IMG/VR virus record: IMGVR_UViG_2756170261_000003
Span: 33,021-97,020 of that record
From: a virus
Taxonomy: Duplodnaviria; Caudoviricetes
Reading direction: 5' to 3' (one strand)
Length of the DNA stretch: 64,000 bases
Shown one piece after another: positions 1 through 11,600 of the stretch. A model generated the notes under the pieces. That model saw only the letters and a program-made list of their open reading frames with translations. It did not search any database and was not told the origin of the DNA. A program made the position numbers and the translations under genes. How positions within the stretch are numbered: the stretch's first letter is position 1; the number at the start of each line of letters is the position of its first letter.

Positions 1-2658
1 ATAGCCGCCCGTGACAATGTGGGCAATGCGGCGGTCTCGAACGTCCTGGCCGGCGTCCGGCGGCGGCACGTTGACCTGGGGGGGCTTGCCGTTATCACCG
101 CTCCCCAGCGGCACGGGAACCTTGGGCGCTTCGGCAATGGCCGGCGGGGCCGGAACCGATGGCGGGGTGACAGCCGGCGCAGATACCGTATGCGCTGGCG
201 CTGCGGCCATCAGCACGGGCGACGCAGCGGGCGACGCGGCGGGCGAGCGATTATTCAGGCCGTTGCCGTAGTAATCCTCGGGATCAGGCCCATTGTTGGC
301 CAGTAGCCTTGGGTCTCCGATCATCTTGTCGGCCCCGGGGGCAACGACTGGCACAATTGTTGACGAACCCCTGTGCTGATTGGCGATATAGCGCGGCTGA
401 TCGCCCGCTTCTGGCGCGGCGTCGGCCTGGGCCAGTGCCAGCAGCTTTTCCTTTTCCTGTGAGGCCCGATTTAGCGTGCCTTTCCTGACGGCAGCCGACG
501 AACTGGCGAACAGCTTGTCGTTGTTCTGAATCTTGTAGTCCTGAATGGCCGACACGATTTCAGCATCGGACATTTTTTCAGTGTCGCGGCCCTTGAGCGC
601 CTTTTCGATCAGGCTTGTTTTGCCGCCGAACTGTACGGACGTGCTCCAAATGGAATCCTTTACCGCCGCGCCGCGCCCGGACAGGTCAATGCCGGACTTT
701 TGCAGCTTTTCCATTTGCGGGTCAAAGTGCGTCTGCTTGATGAAATTGTGCTGTGCATCGCCGAATGCTGGATCGTCCTTGGCTACCTGCTTCCACTTTG
801 CATTGAACTCCTTTGTGCCGGGCGTCATGCCCTTGAACTGTTCGCCGTACTGGGTCGAATCAAGGAATTTTTGCAACGTGCCGGTCTTGGATGCAAGCTG
901 ATAAGTGCCGTAGGACGCGCCCCCAAAATCCCCCTTGCCGGTCGATACGGTGGCCGCGCCGCCCTTGCCGGACTCGAACAGCTTGGACGTTTTGCCCAGT
1001 ACCCAATCCTTGGCCGAGGTGGCCTTGTCGCCCACCCAGGCCGCGCCTTCCCTGGCGGCATCAACGGCACGCCCGGCCCCGGCCTTCACGTCAATGCCGG
1101 TCTTTTCCTTGACGTAATCGTTTGCGGCATTGCCGGCGCTCTTGACTGACGCTATGGCGCTGGCCGCCACTTCCTTGGTGCTGGCTACGGCAGCCTTGGC
1201 CGTTTCCTTTACGTCAACACCAGTCACGTCCTTGATGTAGGCGTTCGCTTGGTCTCCCTTGTCCTTGACCCAATTGAACGCCTCGCCAGCGGCCTTCGTG
1301 ACGTTCCCCCACAGCCCCTTGAGGTCGCCAACCAAGCCCTCCCACTTCGATTGCATCCCCTTGGTCAGGTCGCCCCATTTCGCGCTGAATCCGTCAGACA
1401 CCTCGTTCCACTTACTGGTGAAACTCGCCATGCCGGTATCCCAGCCATTGGAGATCCATGTGGTCGCGGCTTCCCACTTTTGGGAAATCATGCCCCCAAT
1501 GTCGGCACTGCGAAGATCGGCCACCCAGCCGCCCACGGTTTCGCCGACGACCTGCCCGGCCTTGTCGCCAAAGAACATGCCCGCCGCGCCGCCCACCACG
1601 CCGCCAATGGCCGCGCCGATAGGCCCGCCTAGCGCGCCCACGGCAGCGCCAAGCTTTGCGCCGGCCCACATGCCGCCCAGCGTTCCGGCCAGTCCGCCAA
1701 CACCCTTGCCGGTCTTTACGTCCTTTTCACCACGGCTCAATGAATCGTCGCTTTCGCTGCTGAATATGTCGAAAATGTTGCCGGCGCTGGCAATCAGGCC
1801 GCCCAGGACAGGGATTTTCTTCAACAGCATGGCCGCGCCGGAGGCTATTCCACCCTTGGCGAACAGGCCACCAAAGAGGCCGCCGCCACCGCCGCCACCG
1901 CCTTCGTCCGGCTTCTTCTCGATTTCCTTGAGCGTCTTGTTTGTTGCCTTGGAAAACGCCGTCTCTTCCTTTCGGAACGAGCGCAGTTCACCGAATATGC
2001 GCCGATACCAGCGCTCCTTTTTCTTTTCGCTCTTGTCGCCGCCCAGGCCCTTGAGGGCGCTGTAGCCCTGGCTAAGCGGCTGGGCAATCTCATTGAATGC
2101 CTTGACGGTCGGGTCGGCCTCTTCAATCCCACCAGCCGATCCCGATACCGCAGCACTCAACCGCTTGACCAGTCCAGTTACCGCCGTTGATTCGCCGGGG
2201 TCTCGCGGCGGATTGTTGCCGTGATTGTTGTCGCCCCCAGGCTGCTTTCCAGCGCCGGCGACGAATCGCCCGGAGGCGTCGCGCCTGGCGGTCGGGCGAA
2301 CGGCCTGGGCGGCTGATCGCGCAATAGCCGCCTTCATGGCCGCTTCTGGCACGGCGCGCGCGCGCGGCTGGGCAATCTCATTGGATGCCCTGGCGGTCGG
2401 GCTATTGCCTTTCTGGCGGCCATTGCCGAACCGGGCCGCCGCCGGAATGACGGTTCCCCTTGCGGATGGCGTGGCTACTTCGCGGCGCGCTGGCGCGCTG
2501 GCGCGCTGGCCCGGGCGCTCCGCCTTTTCAGACCTCGGGGCGGACAGAATCTGGCGGATAGCCGCCACATCGGCCTGTATCTCACCCCAAATATCAATAG
2601 CCCTGGTCAGGTCTATGGGGTCTCCAGTCAGGAACCCATCGTCATCGTGCTTGAGCAT
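1..2658 (-). CDS. Tape measure protein (P1 Sit position) with VgrG3-like peptidoglycan hydrolase domain; runs off the window
   Basis: Not in the ORF track. ATG at 2658 abuts the upstream stop; segments translated by hand near 1-60, 241-300 and 440-1000 are in this frame (whole frame not checked codon by codon). Gly/Ala-rich TMP-like segment; LGKTSKLFESGKGGAATVSTGKGDFGGASYGTYQLASK at ~890-999; QDVRDRRIAHIVTGG near position 1. Confidence 0.85.
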   Translation of the reverse strand, partial: MLKHDDDGFLTGDPIDLTRAIDIWGEIQADVAAIRQILSAPRSEKAERPGQRASAPARREVATPSARGTVIPAAARFGNGRQKGNSPTARASNEIAQPRARAVPEAAMKAAIARSAAQAVRPTARRDASGRFVAGAGKQPGGDNNHGNNPPRDPGESTAVTGLVKRLSAAVSGSAGGIEEADPTVKAFNEIAQPLSQGYSALKGLGGDKSEKKKERWYRRIFGELRSFRKEETAFSKATNKTLKEIEKKPDEGGGGGGGGLFGGLFAKGGIASGAAMLLKKIPVLGGLIASAGNIFDIFSSESDDSLSRGEKDVKTGKGVGGLAGTLGGMWAGAKLGAAVGALGGPIGAAIGGVVGGAAGMFFGDKAGQVVGETVGGWVADLRSADIGGMISQKWEAATTWISNGWDTGMASFTSKWNEVSDGFSAKWGDLTKGMQSKWEGLVGDLKGLWGNVTKAAGEAFNWVKDKGDQANAYIKDVTGVDVKETAKAAVASTKEVAASAIASVKSAGNAANDYVKEKTGIDVKAGAGRAVDAAREGAAWVGDKATSAKDWVLGKTSKLFESGKGGAATVSTGKGDFGGASYGTYQLASKTGTLQKFLDSTQYGEQFKGMTPGTKEFNAKWKQVAKDDPAFGDAQHNFIKQTHFDPQMEKLQKSGIDLSGRGAAVKDSIWSTSVQFGGKTSLIEKALKGRDTEKMSDAEIVSAIQDYKIQNNDKLFASSSAAVRKGTLNRASQEKEKLLALAQADAAPEAGDQPRYIANQHRGSSTIVPVVAPGADKMIGDPRLLANNGPDPEDYYGNGLNNRSPAASPAASPVLMAAAPAHTVSAPAVTPPSVPAPPAIAEAPKVPVPLGSGDNGKPPQVNVPPPDAGQDVRDRRIAHIVTGGY

Positions 2659-3564
2659 TTACTTTCTCATGAAGGTGTCGAGCTGGGTAAACGTCATTTG
2701 GACTTCTTCAAGCCCGTCTTCCCGCCTCGAAAGGCTTACGTCAATGTTGGCCGGGCGAAACAGGCCAACGTCTTCATACCCGCCCTGGTTGCTTCCAGAG
2801 GTGACGAAGGCGTGAACGATCTTGACGCCAACCGCATAGCTGGCCGGCGGGCCTATCGTGCCGTCTCGGGCCACGGCTGCGCCGGCATGCGCCATGAACC
2901 ACCGCTTGATGAACCCACTCTTGTCATCCATCGTCGTGATGCGTAGTTCAATGGGGTCGCTTGAGTTCACAGAGTCGGTGTAGGCCGCGCCCAGCTTGCG
3001 CTTGTCGCCCGACAGGATCATGGGCGTGTACTCAACATCGGTAACGAACAGGTTGAACCGGCTGGACACGTCGCCCTGCAGCGGGCTGTCAATTTCAATC
3101 AGAAACAGGTTCTTGCGCGCAAACTCGGTGGCGCGCGACTCGTCGTGAATGCGCTTCGCTTCGCTCGGGCTGATACCGCCCATGAGCGGCGTGGGCGTAC
3201 CCCAATAGGCCGCCTGCGAGGCAATGCCGCCCATGCCCGGGAAGTACTTCGACAGCAGACCGGAATCCAACAGGCGCACGGCTGCGCCCTCAAAGTCGCC
3301 ACTCAACACGTCGCCCAGCATGCCGCCGCCGGTATTGATCATCTTCGCCATTTGCGGCGAGATATGCTTGTTGATCATGTTCTGCGCGGCAGTGTTCGCC
3401 ATGTTCGCGCCGTACTTCGTGACGGCTGTAGCAAGCTTGCCGCCGCCAAGCGCGGACGCGACACTGGATGACGCACTGCCAACGGCGGAACTGATGCCGC
3501 TCTTTATTGAGCCAAGCAGGCCCTTTGACGACAGGCTTTCAGCGACGTTGTTGTAGAGGCTCAA
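2659..3564 (-). CDS. Tail tube-fold/baseplate tube-initiator-like virion protein
   Basis: 301 aa, coupled to portal and TMP; C-terminal half resembles a tube fold (ELRITTMDD...WF...QMTFTQLD). Confidence 0.5.
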   Translation of the reverse strand: MSLYNNVAESLSSKGLLGSIKSGISSAVGSASSSVASALGGGKLATAVTKYGANMANTAAQNMINKHISPQMAKMINTGGGMLGDVLSGDFEGAAVRLLDSGLLSKYFPGMGGIASQAAYWGTPTPLMGGISPSEAKRIHDESRATEFARKNLFLIEIDSPLQGDVSSRFNLFVTDVEYTPMILSGDKRKLGAAYTDSVNSSDPIELRITTMDDKSGFIKRWFMAHAGAAVARDGTIGPPASYAVGVKIVHAFVTSGSNQGGYEDVGLFRPANIDVSLSRREDGLEEVQMTFTQLDTFMRK

Positions 3565-5114
3565 AACCGCCCCCCTGAATCATGCCCCCCGTCTTCGGGC
3601 GGCTTCGCATTGACGATGCTGGCAAACAGCTTGGCCTGGTCGTCATCGACCATCATGGTTCGGGATAGGAACGATTCCATGATCTGTTCGCTTGCGCCCA
3701 GTTCTTTCATGGTTTGAAGGGCCTGGGCCAGCATCATGCCGGAGTTCATGGCGTCCGCGCGCGTGCGCTGCTTTTCTGCCTCAAGGGCCGAAATGGAACC
3801 GTAGAAGTTGATCGTCCAGGGGCGCTCCCCGGCGGGGAACACCACGCCGTAGCGGCGATAGGTGTGAATATCAATGATCTGGTTGAAGAATTCCGACAGG
3901 GCCACGCGGATAATGCGCGCGCGCTCCGCCGCCGCTGCGGACACGCGGAAGAATCCGCCATCGCCCAGGCCGCCGGCAAGCTGATCGGCAAATCCCAGCA
4001 TGGACAGGTCAACGCCAAGCGCTCCGGCAAGCAATCGTGCATGCAGCATCACGTCTTCGATGCTGATATTGTTCGTCCGGCCCGTTTGTGTCTGGCCGCT
4101 CACGTTGATCAGTTGCTTTTCACCAAAAACGGGTATCAGGTGCCGGATACGCTCCATTACCGGGCGGCCATTCTTTACGGCGGTCTCCGATAGCTCCTTG
4201 GACTTGCGCAACATGCCCGTGACGGACTTGATGAACATTTCCTGTTGCTCTTTGGTCATGGAATCCATGTTGACGCCGTACATTTGTTCGTCAATTGAAT
4301 CCATCCAGCGCTGACCAACCAGGCCCATAAGCGAAGCTGAAAGGTTGTCGTAGGCCTCTTCTGCGCTGTACAGCAGCGATCCGCCGGCCATGGACGGCAT
4401 GATCGGAAGCGCGTCAATATCATCTTCCTTGAGCGCTATCCTGATCGACTTTTCATAGACGCCATGCTGGGGAACCCATTGGGTGCGCGGCATGCGCAGG
4501 CGCGCAAGCTGCGATACGTCCAGGCGCTCGAAGTTTCGCTCCCCGATGTAGACGGCATAGCCCACGGTGCGGCTACCGCGCTCGAACGGCTGCACAAGCT
4601 GCGGTCGCACCAGTTCATCTATGTACAGGTCAACAATGCCGCTCTGGTCGGCGTAGATACGCGCGTAGCTATCCCCAAACGATGCGCCCGTGTAGGCGGT
4701 CTGGAACGCCACCTTGTTCAGAAGCGGGCCAATGTCGCGCGAGATTTCGTCAACCACGTTCGCGACGCGCTTGTTCTTTTCGGCATCCGGGGTCTTTTCC
4801 ACGAACACCAGTTGCCCGCTGGTCTCATGCCCGCCCAGGGCGGTAGTGACAAGCAGCGACATGGCGGTAGAGCAAATCGGGTCGCTCTCCATGTAGGCCC
4901 ATTTGTGATAAATGGACTGCCGGGTTCTGGCCAGCTTTTTGCCGGAACCCAGCAGGGAAGCAACGGTGGTGGTGCCAGCGCCGTACAAAAAGGTGTCGGC
5001 CTGGTTGATTTCTTGGGCCGGCGCAATGTTGGATGCCGCCCAGCGCTTCGCGCCTATACCCGTCATACGGGATAGGAGGCCTGGCTTTTTCAGGGCGGGG
5101 TTTTTCTCGGACAT
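3561..5114 (-). CDS. Portal protein (P1 Prt-like)
   Basis: ~517 aa; YMESDP..TALGGHE and LGF.DQLAGGLGDGGFFR motifs; next to darB/ulx as in P1; start taken at MSEKN. Confidence 0.8.
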   Translation of the reverse strand: MSEKNPALKKPGLLSRMTGIGAKRWAASNIAPAQEINQADTFLYGAGTTTVASLLGSGKKLARTRQSIYHKWAYMESDPICSTAMSLLVTTALGGHETSGQLVFVEKTPDAEKNKRVANVVDEISRDIGPLLNKVAFQTAYTGASFGDSYARIYADQSGIVDLYIDELVRPQLVQPFERGSRTVGYAVYIGERNFERLDVSQLARLRMPRTQWVPQHGVYEKSIRIALKEDDIDALPIMPSMAGGSLLYSAEEAYDNLSASLMGLVGQRWMDSIDEQMYGVNMDSMTKEQQEMFIKSVTGMLRKSKELSETAVKNGRPVMERIRHLIPVFGEKQLINVSGQTQTGRTNNISIEDVMLHARLLAGALGVDLSMLGFADQLAGGLGDGGFFRVSAAAAERARIIRVALSEFFNQIIDIHTYRRYGVVFPAGERPWTINFYGSISALEAEKQRTRADAMNSGMMLAQALQTMKELGASEQIMESFLSRTMMVDDDQAKLFASIVNAKPPEDGGHDSGGRF

Positions 5115-5143
5115 GATGCGCCATTCTCGAAACAATGGCTTTC

Positions 5144-5184
5144 ATCGTATGGCCCGCCCTATATGTCGATCGCGCTCTTTTTCC
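5144..5184 (-). promoter_or_regulatory. Late promoter GGAAAA-N29-TACGAT (portal operon)
   Basis: One of six copies with an identical 29-nt spacer. Confidence 0.7.
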
Positions 5185-5249
5185 GAACGTGGACAGCAAC
5201 GGCCAATGGCCGCCAAAAAGGCGGCCCTATGGTCAACAGCCCGACGAAA

Positions 5250-5684
5250 TTAGATGGGCTGGATCAGGCTGTTTTCAGTCTCCGAGTCATCCAGCACATA
5301 GAATTCCCCCGCGCCGAACAGGTCGAACTCGCGCGTACCGGCAAACATGGTTGCGTCGTACAGGGCGCGGAACTCGAACGCAGCCGCAATGGTCAGGTCG
5401 CCGTCAATCTGCCCGCTCAATTTGCGAACGCTGTAGGCCGATGCCAGCAGGCCGTCAACCTCGGGGCCATACAGATAGCCCCGGTCGATCAAGATGGATT
5501 TCAGCGCCCACCAGTAGGGGCCGAAGCGCAAGTATCCGCCCGGCTCCTTTCTCACGTCGCGGTCAACCAGCGCCGTGATGAATTGCGAATGGCTTGGCTC
5601 CGTATAGCGCTGGCGGTATTCGGTTCGATAGGCTTCCAGCCGGTCGGCAATGCCTGGCTGGGGAAGGTAATTGACAAATTTCAT
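5250..5684 (-). CDS. ulx: Ulx-like antirestriction accessory protein
   Basis: 144 aa directly downstream of darB; YLRFGPYWWALKSILIDRGY resembles P1 Ulx as I recall it. Confidence 0.7.
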   Translation of the reverse strand: MKFVNYLPQPGIADRLEAYRTEYRQRYTEPSHSQFITALVDRDVRKEPGGYLRFGPYWWALKSILIDRGYLYGPEVDGLLASAYSVRKLSGQIDGDLTIAAAFEFRALYDATMFAGTREFDLFGAGEFYVLDDSETENSLIQPI

Positions 5685-5695
5685 GATGGCGGCCC

Positions 5696-8600
5696 TTATG
5701 CGATTGTGATGCTGTTGCGACGAACGCCATCTGCATGAGTATCAAGCAGGCGATCATAGACCTTGCGGGGAACAACCCAAGAGTTTTGCGGCGCGGATGG
5801 CAGCGAACGGTTGGGGTATTTCCCTCGGAATATAGCCTTGATCCCCATGGAAAGGGCAACGCTCTTGATGGTGTCCTTGAATGCCTTGGTGTCACCGATA
5901 ATCGCCACCAGCTCGTTAGGGTCGCCCCCGCTGGGCTGGGCCGCCGGTTCCTGCGGCTCTGGCACAACTTCCGGTTCAGGCGGGGTAAGCTGCGCCTCGC
6001 GCCGGCGCATCATGGCCGAAAACTGCCATGGCGCAAGCGTGAACCACGCCTCATTCGGGCCGATTTGCATGGCCTTGTAGTGGCGCGCAAGGAAGTCTTC
6101 CGCCAGCGCGTCTATTGCCTCGACGGTATCGACGGCTTCCAGCGCCGCATTGAAGGCCTCGGCGGATGGCGCGCCTATCACCCTGTCCAGGGCATTGGCA
6201 ATGTGCTTGGACGAATCGCGAACTCCAAGGATCTCCGAAGCGGCGACATAGGAAACCTGAACGCCATGGCGGATGGCGTAGGCCACCAAATCCGAAGCAA
6301 GCTGCGGCGAACCCACGTAGCCGCCATCAGACTCTACCGCGTCGGCCTCGAAGATGGCGTAGTTGTCCTGAATCTCAACAATCCCGCGCTGTTCGGTGGT
6401 GATCCGATCAAGCAACGGATCGCCCTGCGTTTCACCACGGTACAAGTGCGGGAACATCGGCTCGGCAAAGCGGATGGTGCGCGCCTCGGCCTTCATCTTC
6501 GGCCTGGCCTGCAGGGCATCGCGCACATCGGTATTGAACGAGAAATACCCTTGCGCGCCAGAGGTCAGCGCGCCGCCCATGCGGGCAATCAGCGCGTCGT
6601 CTTCCTTGGCCGCCCGGGCCACGCACGCGCGATAGTCGGCATGCTCTTTGGCAACAATGTTGCCGGTCAGCAGAATGTCGGCATTGGCCGTGTATTTCCG
6701 GCCGCCTTCCACGTCCAGGCGATACGCCTTGTCAGAAGACTCCATGATCCAAAGGTTATCCAGGCGATCAAGCACGAAATCACCGGCACCGACAATCTGC
6801 CCGCGCACCACGCGCGCCTGCCCGCCCTTGACCTGCTCGATGCGATCATCCTTGACGCCCGCCGGGCCGCACAGCTTGGCCGCCTTTTCTTCGGATTGCT
6901 TGGCGAGTTGCTCGGCTGTCGATATTTCGATTTCCCAGTCTTGCGAGACCGGGCCATCCTCGACCACTTCAAACTTGAGGCCGTAGTACCTGTTGCCGTT
7001 GGCGACGTTCGATACGGAACTGATGACCTGCTCGCGGTCGATGCCCTTCACCTCGTACGAGCCGCGCGTGCGCAGCATCCAGCTACTTTGGGAAAGGGCT
7101 TTTTCCAGCGTGTCGTATGAGCCGCTACCGTCGATACGGATGCTTGCCCGGATAGGTTCGGCCAGCTTTTCGTAAGCGGCCTTGGCCTTGTTCAGGGCGA
7201 CTTGCGCCCGAGAAATGCGGCCTTCATCCTCGGCTTTCTCGGCAGCAGCAAGGCGCGCCTCGGCCTTTGTCACCAGCAGGTAGGTTTCTGCCGCGTCGGC
7301 CACACGTTCAGCCAGGAAGCTACCCACGTTGGGGTAACGATCCACGATGGCGCGCTGGGCAATCATGTTCTGCACGTTCGATGCCAGCGCTTCCTGTGCG
7401 GCCCGGCGGCGCTCTTCGGCTTCGCGCGTGGCGATCCGCTCTTGCACGCGGCGCATGCCTTCTTCGCTCCCGGCGGCCTCGGCCAGCATTTCAATGTCCT
7501 GGCGCGACATGCCGGCGGATACCTGAACCTTGTTGCCCGTGCCGGACATGAGTTCACCGATCCAGTCAGATTTTTTGCTGACAATTTGCCGCTTGTACTG
7601 GTCAAAGGTGCCGATGGCGTCATAGAAGTAGGCCCGCACCGCGTCAACCACGTTGCCCTGGCGCGCGCCGCGCCCGTTGCGCTGGTGGATGCTGTCGGGC
7701 GTCCAGCCTACCGTCAGGTGGTGGATGGCCTGCGTTCCTTTTTGCAGGTTGATGCCCACCTCGGCCTTTTTGTTGGCGATGATGACGCGATAGCGGTTGT
7801 CTTCGCCGTTCGCGTTGAAACCGTCCTGAATGTCCTGCATGTCCGCCGGGTCGCGTACGGCCTCGCCGTTGATGATCGAAATGGCGCTGGCGCTCACGCC
7901 GGCCCGCGTCGTCAACAGCAGTTTCAGCTTATTGTGCAGGCCCAGCATGTCGCAGAAAACAAGCTGCTTGGCCGCGCCGCCCGCGCTCGGGGTGGCCTGT
8001 TCGCGCTGGAAATTCTCCAAGAACGCGGCGATCTTCGGCGGGATCGTGGCATCCAGGCTCAAGCCCAGCTTGTCGGCAATCTTGATGAATTCGAGCTGCG
8101 TAGAGTACGTTTCCGTGTCGATTACGATCCGGTCGTCGTCAATCTGCGCCGCCACCTTGACCGTCAAAACCTCGTAATCGTTGTCGCCAGACTTCTTGAT
8201 GACCCGCTTCACGATGTTTTCGTCTTTCAGAAGCGGGGTGCGCCGGCTGCGCTCTTCGCGTACCGCGCGCTTGTTGAACTGCTCTACCGCCTTTTTGGCC
8301 TTGGTCGCGTCCGTGATCAGGAACACGGTGGACTGGTCGGCAAGCTCGGGGTCAGCGATCAGCTTTGTGACCTTGTTGATGAAGTTGAACGGGTGCGCCA
8401 GCAGTTCCAGCGTTTCGCCCGTGCGCTCCATTTCGGCGTGGACGGCGGCCTCTTCCTCGGGCAGCACGTCCTTTTCCCGCTGCATGGCGGACGCGGCAGA
8501 GTAAACCGCCTGCAGGCGGCGAAGCTCGGCCATGATGGGCGGCTCGGACAGCGAAACCGGCACCGGCACCGGGTCAATGCCAGGCACCTTCAAGCCCACT

Positions 8601-11600
8601 TCCACGGCGGAGCGGATAGTCGCAACTTCGCCCAGGACGTTGCGCAGCAGGGCCGTATTGTTCAGGCCACGGAACACGCGGTTCATGCGCTCGACGCCGG
8701 CCAGCGACGTGGTGGTTTCTTCGGAAATGTCGCAGAACGCCTCCATGAAGGCATCCGCGCCGCGCACGCCGCCCATCCGGCGGTTTACCTCGGCCTCGCC
8801 AACGGCCAGCGTCAGCATGGAATAGATTTCCAGCGGGCTATTGGTGATCGGCGTGGCCGTCAGGGCCAGCACGCCATCATTCAGCTTGCTTTGGCCGCGT
8901 ATGTACCACGTCTTGATTTGGGCGTCCATGCCACGGTTCGAGACCGTGGGAGCGGACAGGTATTTCGCGCCCTGAAAGTCGGTGGTGGTCTTGGAATTCT
9001 TGTAGGAGTGGGCTTCGTCAATGACGATGGAGTCCACGCCCATGTCTTCGAAGAACGGCACCGCAGCCGATCCCTTGCCCGCGCCCTGGACGGCCTTTTC
9101 AAGCTTGCCCTCGGTCTTGACGGATTCCGACTTGCTGGTAATGCTGCTCGCGTCGAACGATTCATCAACAGTGGTCAGGTACTGCGCATAGGACTCGCGG
9201 GTTTCCTCGCGCAGCGGGATCATGCTGAACGCTTCCAGCGTCATGTAAATCTTGCGATGCTCGTTGTTCAGGATGGCGTTCAGGTCGCGCACGTAGTTGG
9301 ACGAATTGACGGTGGCCGTGCCATCCTCGGCTACGTCCATGCCCACAAAAAGGCAATCGGACGTGTCGGAATAGCAGGCCATCGTTTCCTTGCGCCAGTT
9401 CGTCAGCGTGGCGTTTGGCACCACAAAGAACGTCTTGCGCTTTACGCCGATGGCGTGAATGTGCTGAACGGCGGTCAGGGCCGTGAAGGTCTTGCCCAGG
9501 CCCACGTCGAAGCCAAGGATGCCGGACATGCGGCGCGCGTACTGGCGGATGGCCGCGTTCTGATAGCCGTGCGGCTGGAATGCTGGGTTCAGACCCGGGA
9601 TTTCCAGCGGGCTTTCATCGTCCGGCTGGCGGAAGTACAGGTTCTCGGGATCTGCAAAGCGGCTGTTCAGTTCCGCCTGGATGGCCGGGTTCGCGCGCGC
9701 CCAGGCGTCAAACTGCTGGTTGCTCGATGAAATCAGTTCGCGCAGGCGTTCTACGCGGCTACGCTCCACCTCGGGGTCGTCTTCCTTTTCGGCCTGGGTG
9801 GTGCGGGTGCTAAGCGTGCCGTTCTTGATGTAGTCGGCAAACCGGCGCATATTGCGTAGCTGTTCGCTGTTGCGCGCCAGCTTGCTTTGCGTCTGGTCGA
9901 ACCGCACCTCGGGGCCGTCAGCGCCGCCCACCAGCAGGGAAAAGCCCGGGTCAACGTACTTGCGCAGGAATTCCACCTTGCGCGCAATCTCGATGTAGGG
10001 CGATGACAGGTTGAAACTCAACTCGCCCACGTCCGTCTTGACCAGCCGGCCCTCGGCGGCCTGGCGCTGGGCTACCAGCTTGGCGCGCAGGGCTTCATCT
10101 TCAACCGCGAGTATTTCGGCATTCGTGCGCGCAAGGAACTCGGCATAGTTGCCGGCGTAGTAGTCGTCTGCCGACATTGCGCCCTGGCCGTCAGCGGACA
10201 CGCACCAGTCATCACTGACGAACGGGTCGAAGTCCGCCCCCATGGTTTCGCGCAGCACGGCCAGCGGGATGAAGCCGTTTTCGTCGGCCTGCTCGTATTT
10301 GGCCCGCTCGTACTGCTGGGTAGGCGTGAGCGGCGTGGCCTCCACCTGGGCGGGCGCGGTTCCCGTCCAGCGCGGCGTGAATTCATCGCTGCGCACGGTA
10401 TACACGACGCCCGGGGATAGCAGCTTGAGCGCGTCCTTGATGTTGGACGGTAGCGACTTGGGAAGCTTGCGGGCGGCGCGCGCGGCCACCTTAATGTCGG
10501 CGGTCAGGCCCGGGTAGGATTCTGCGTAGGCGAACGGCTCTTCGCTGGAATGGCTCTGCAGCGCTTCTTGCAGGGCCAGGGCGGTACGAATGACGCTGTA
10601 CGCCTGATCCCGCTCGGCCTCGGGGAACTGCGAACGAATGGCGCGCACGGCGGAATTCAGCCATGGCGGGATGCTGTCGTAATCGGATCGGGCCGCCAGG
10701 CCGTCAACCAATGCGCTGGACTCGGCCCAGCCCGTGCGCGAACCAAGCGCGTCCAGGGCGGTCGATACGCGAAGCAGGGTATCGGCCTGGGCGGCGTCGC
10801 CCTCGGGGGCCTTGACCGCCACAAACGTACCGTCGCGGTACTGGTATGTCACCCCGGCGGACGTAACGGTGTCGCCGTTGGTGTACGTGATGGCCCGCGT
10901 TTCAGCGGCCCCCAGCGCTTCCCAGTTGATGCGGGATTCACCGAAGCGGCGAAGCAGGCGCGATATGTTGCCGATGGAGTCATCATTGACGACGCGCTCG
11001 ACCTCGCCCCAGCGGCCCGTACCGATGGCGGTCTCGCCCAGGATGAACCGGCGGCCTTCGTCTTGGAAGTACTTGCCCTCAAGGAACGGTTCCCATAGGA
11101 CGTTGGCAGAACGCAGGGCATCCGGGTTCTGCTGCTGCAATTCAGCAATCTTGTCGATGGTGTCATGGTCGAACTTGCGAAACACCAGCACGTCCGTTAC
11201 CACGTCAGCGCCGCCGGCCTCGAACATCTTATTGGGCAGGCGGTACGCGCCCATGAATTCGGCTTTGAGCGACGCGGCAAACCGCAGCTTCGATTCTTTG
11301 GCCCCACGATTGGACACAAAGCCCTTGGAGCAAATGAAGGCGGCCAGCCCACGGGGGCGCAGCTTTTCCAGCGAACGAAGGATGAAGTAGCCTTCCAGCG
11401 ATTCATGCTGATAGCGTTCGTCCTTGAATCGTTCCTTGCCGCGCGCGGCCACGTCGCCAAACGGCACGTTCGTTACCACGGCGTCGTAGATTTCGTCCGG
11501 CGTGTTGGCGGCCACGGACTCGAATGCGCTGATTGTGACGTTGTTTTTGGCGTTGATAAGCTGGTTGATCCGCCCGGAGGTCTGATCCAGTTCGACGGCA

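Noticed and set aside
7202-9730. 842-aa plus-strand ORF
   Set aside because: Antisense shadow of darB in GC-rich DNA; no motifs
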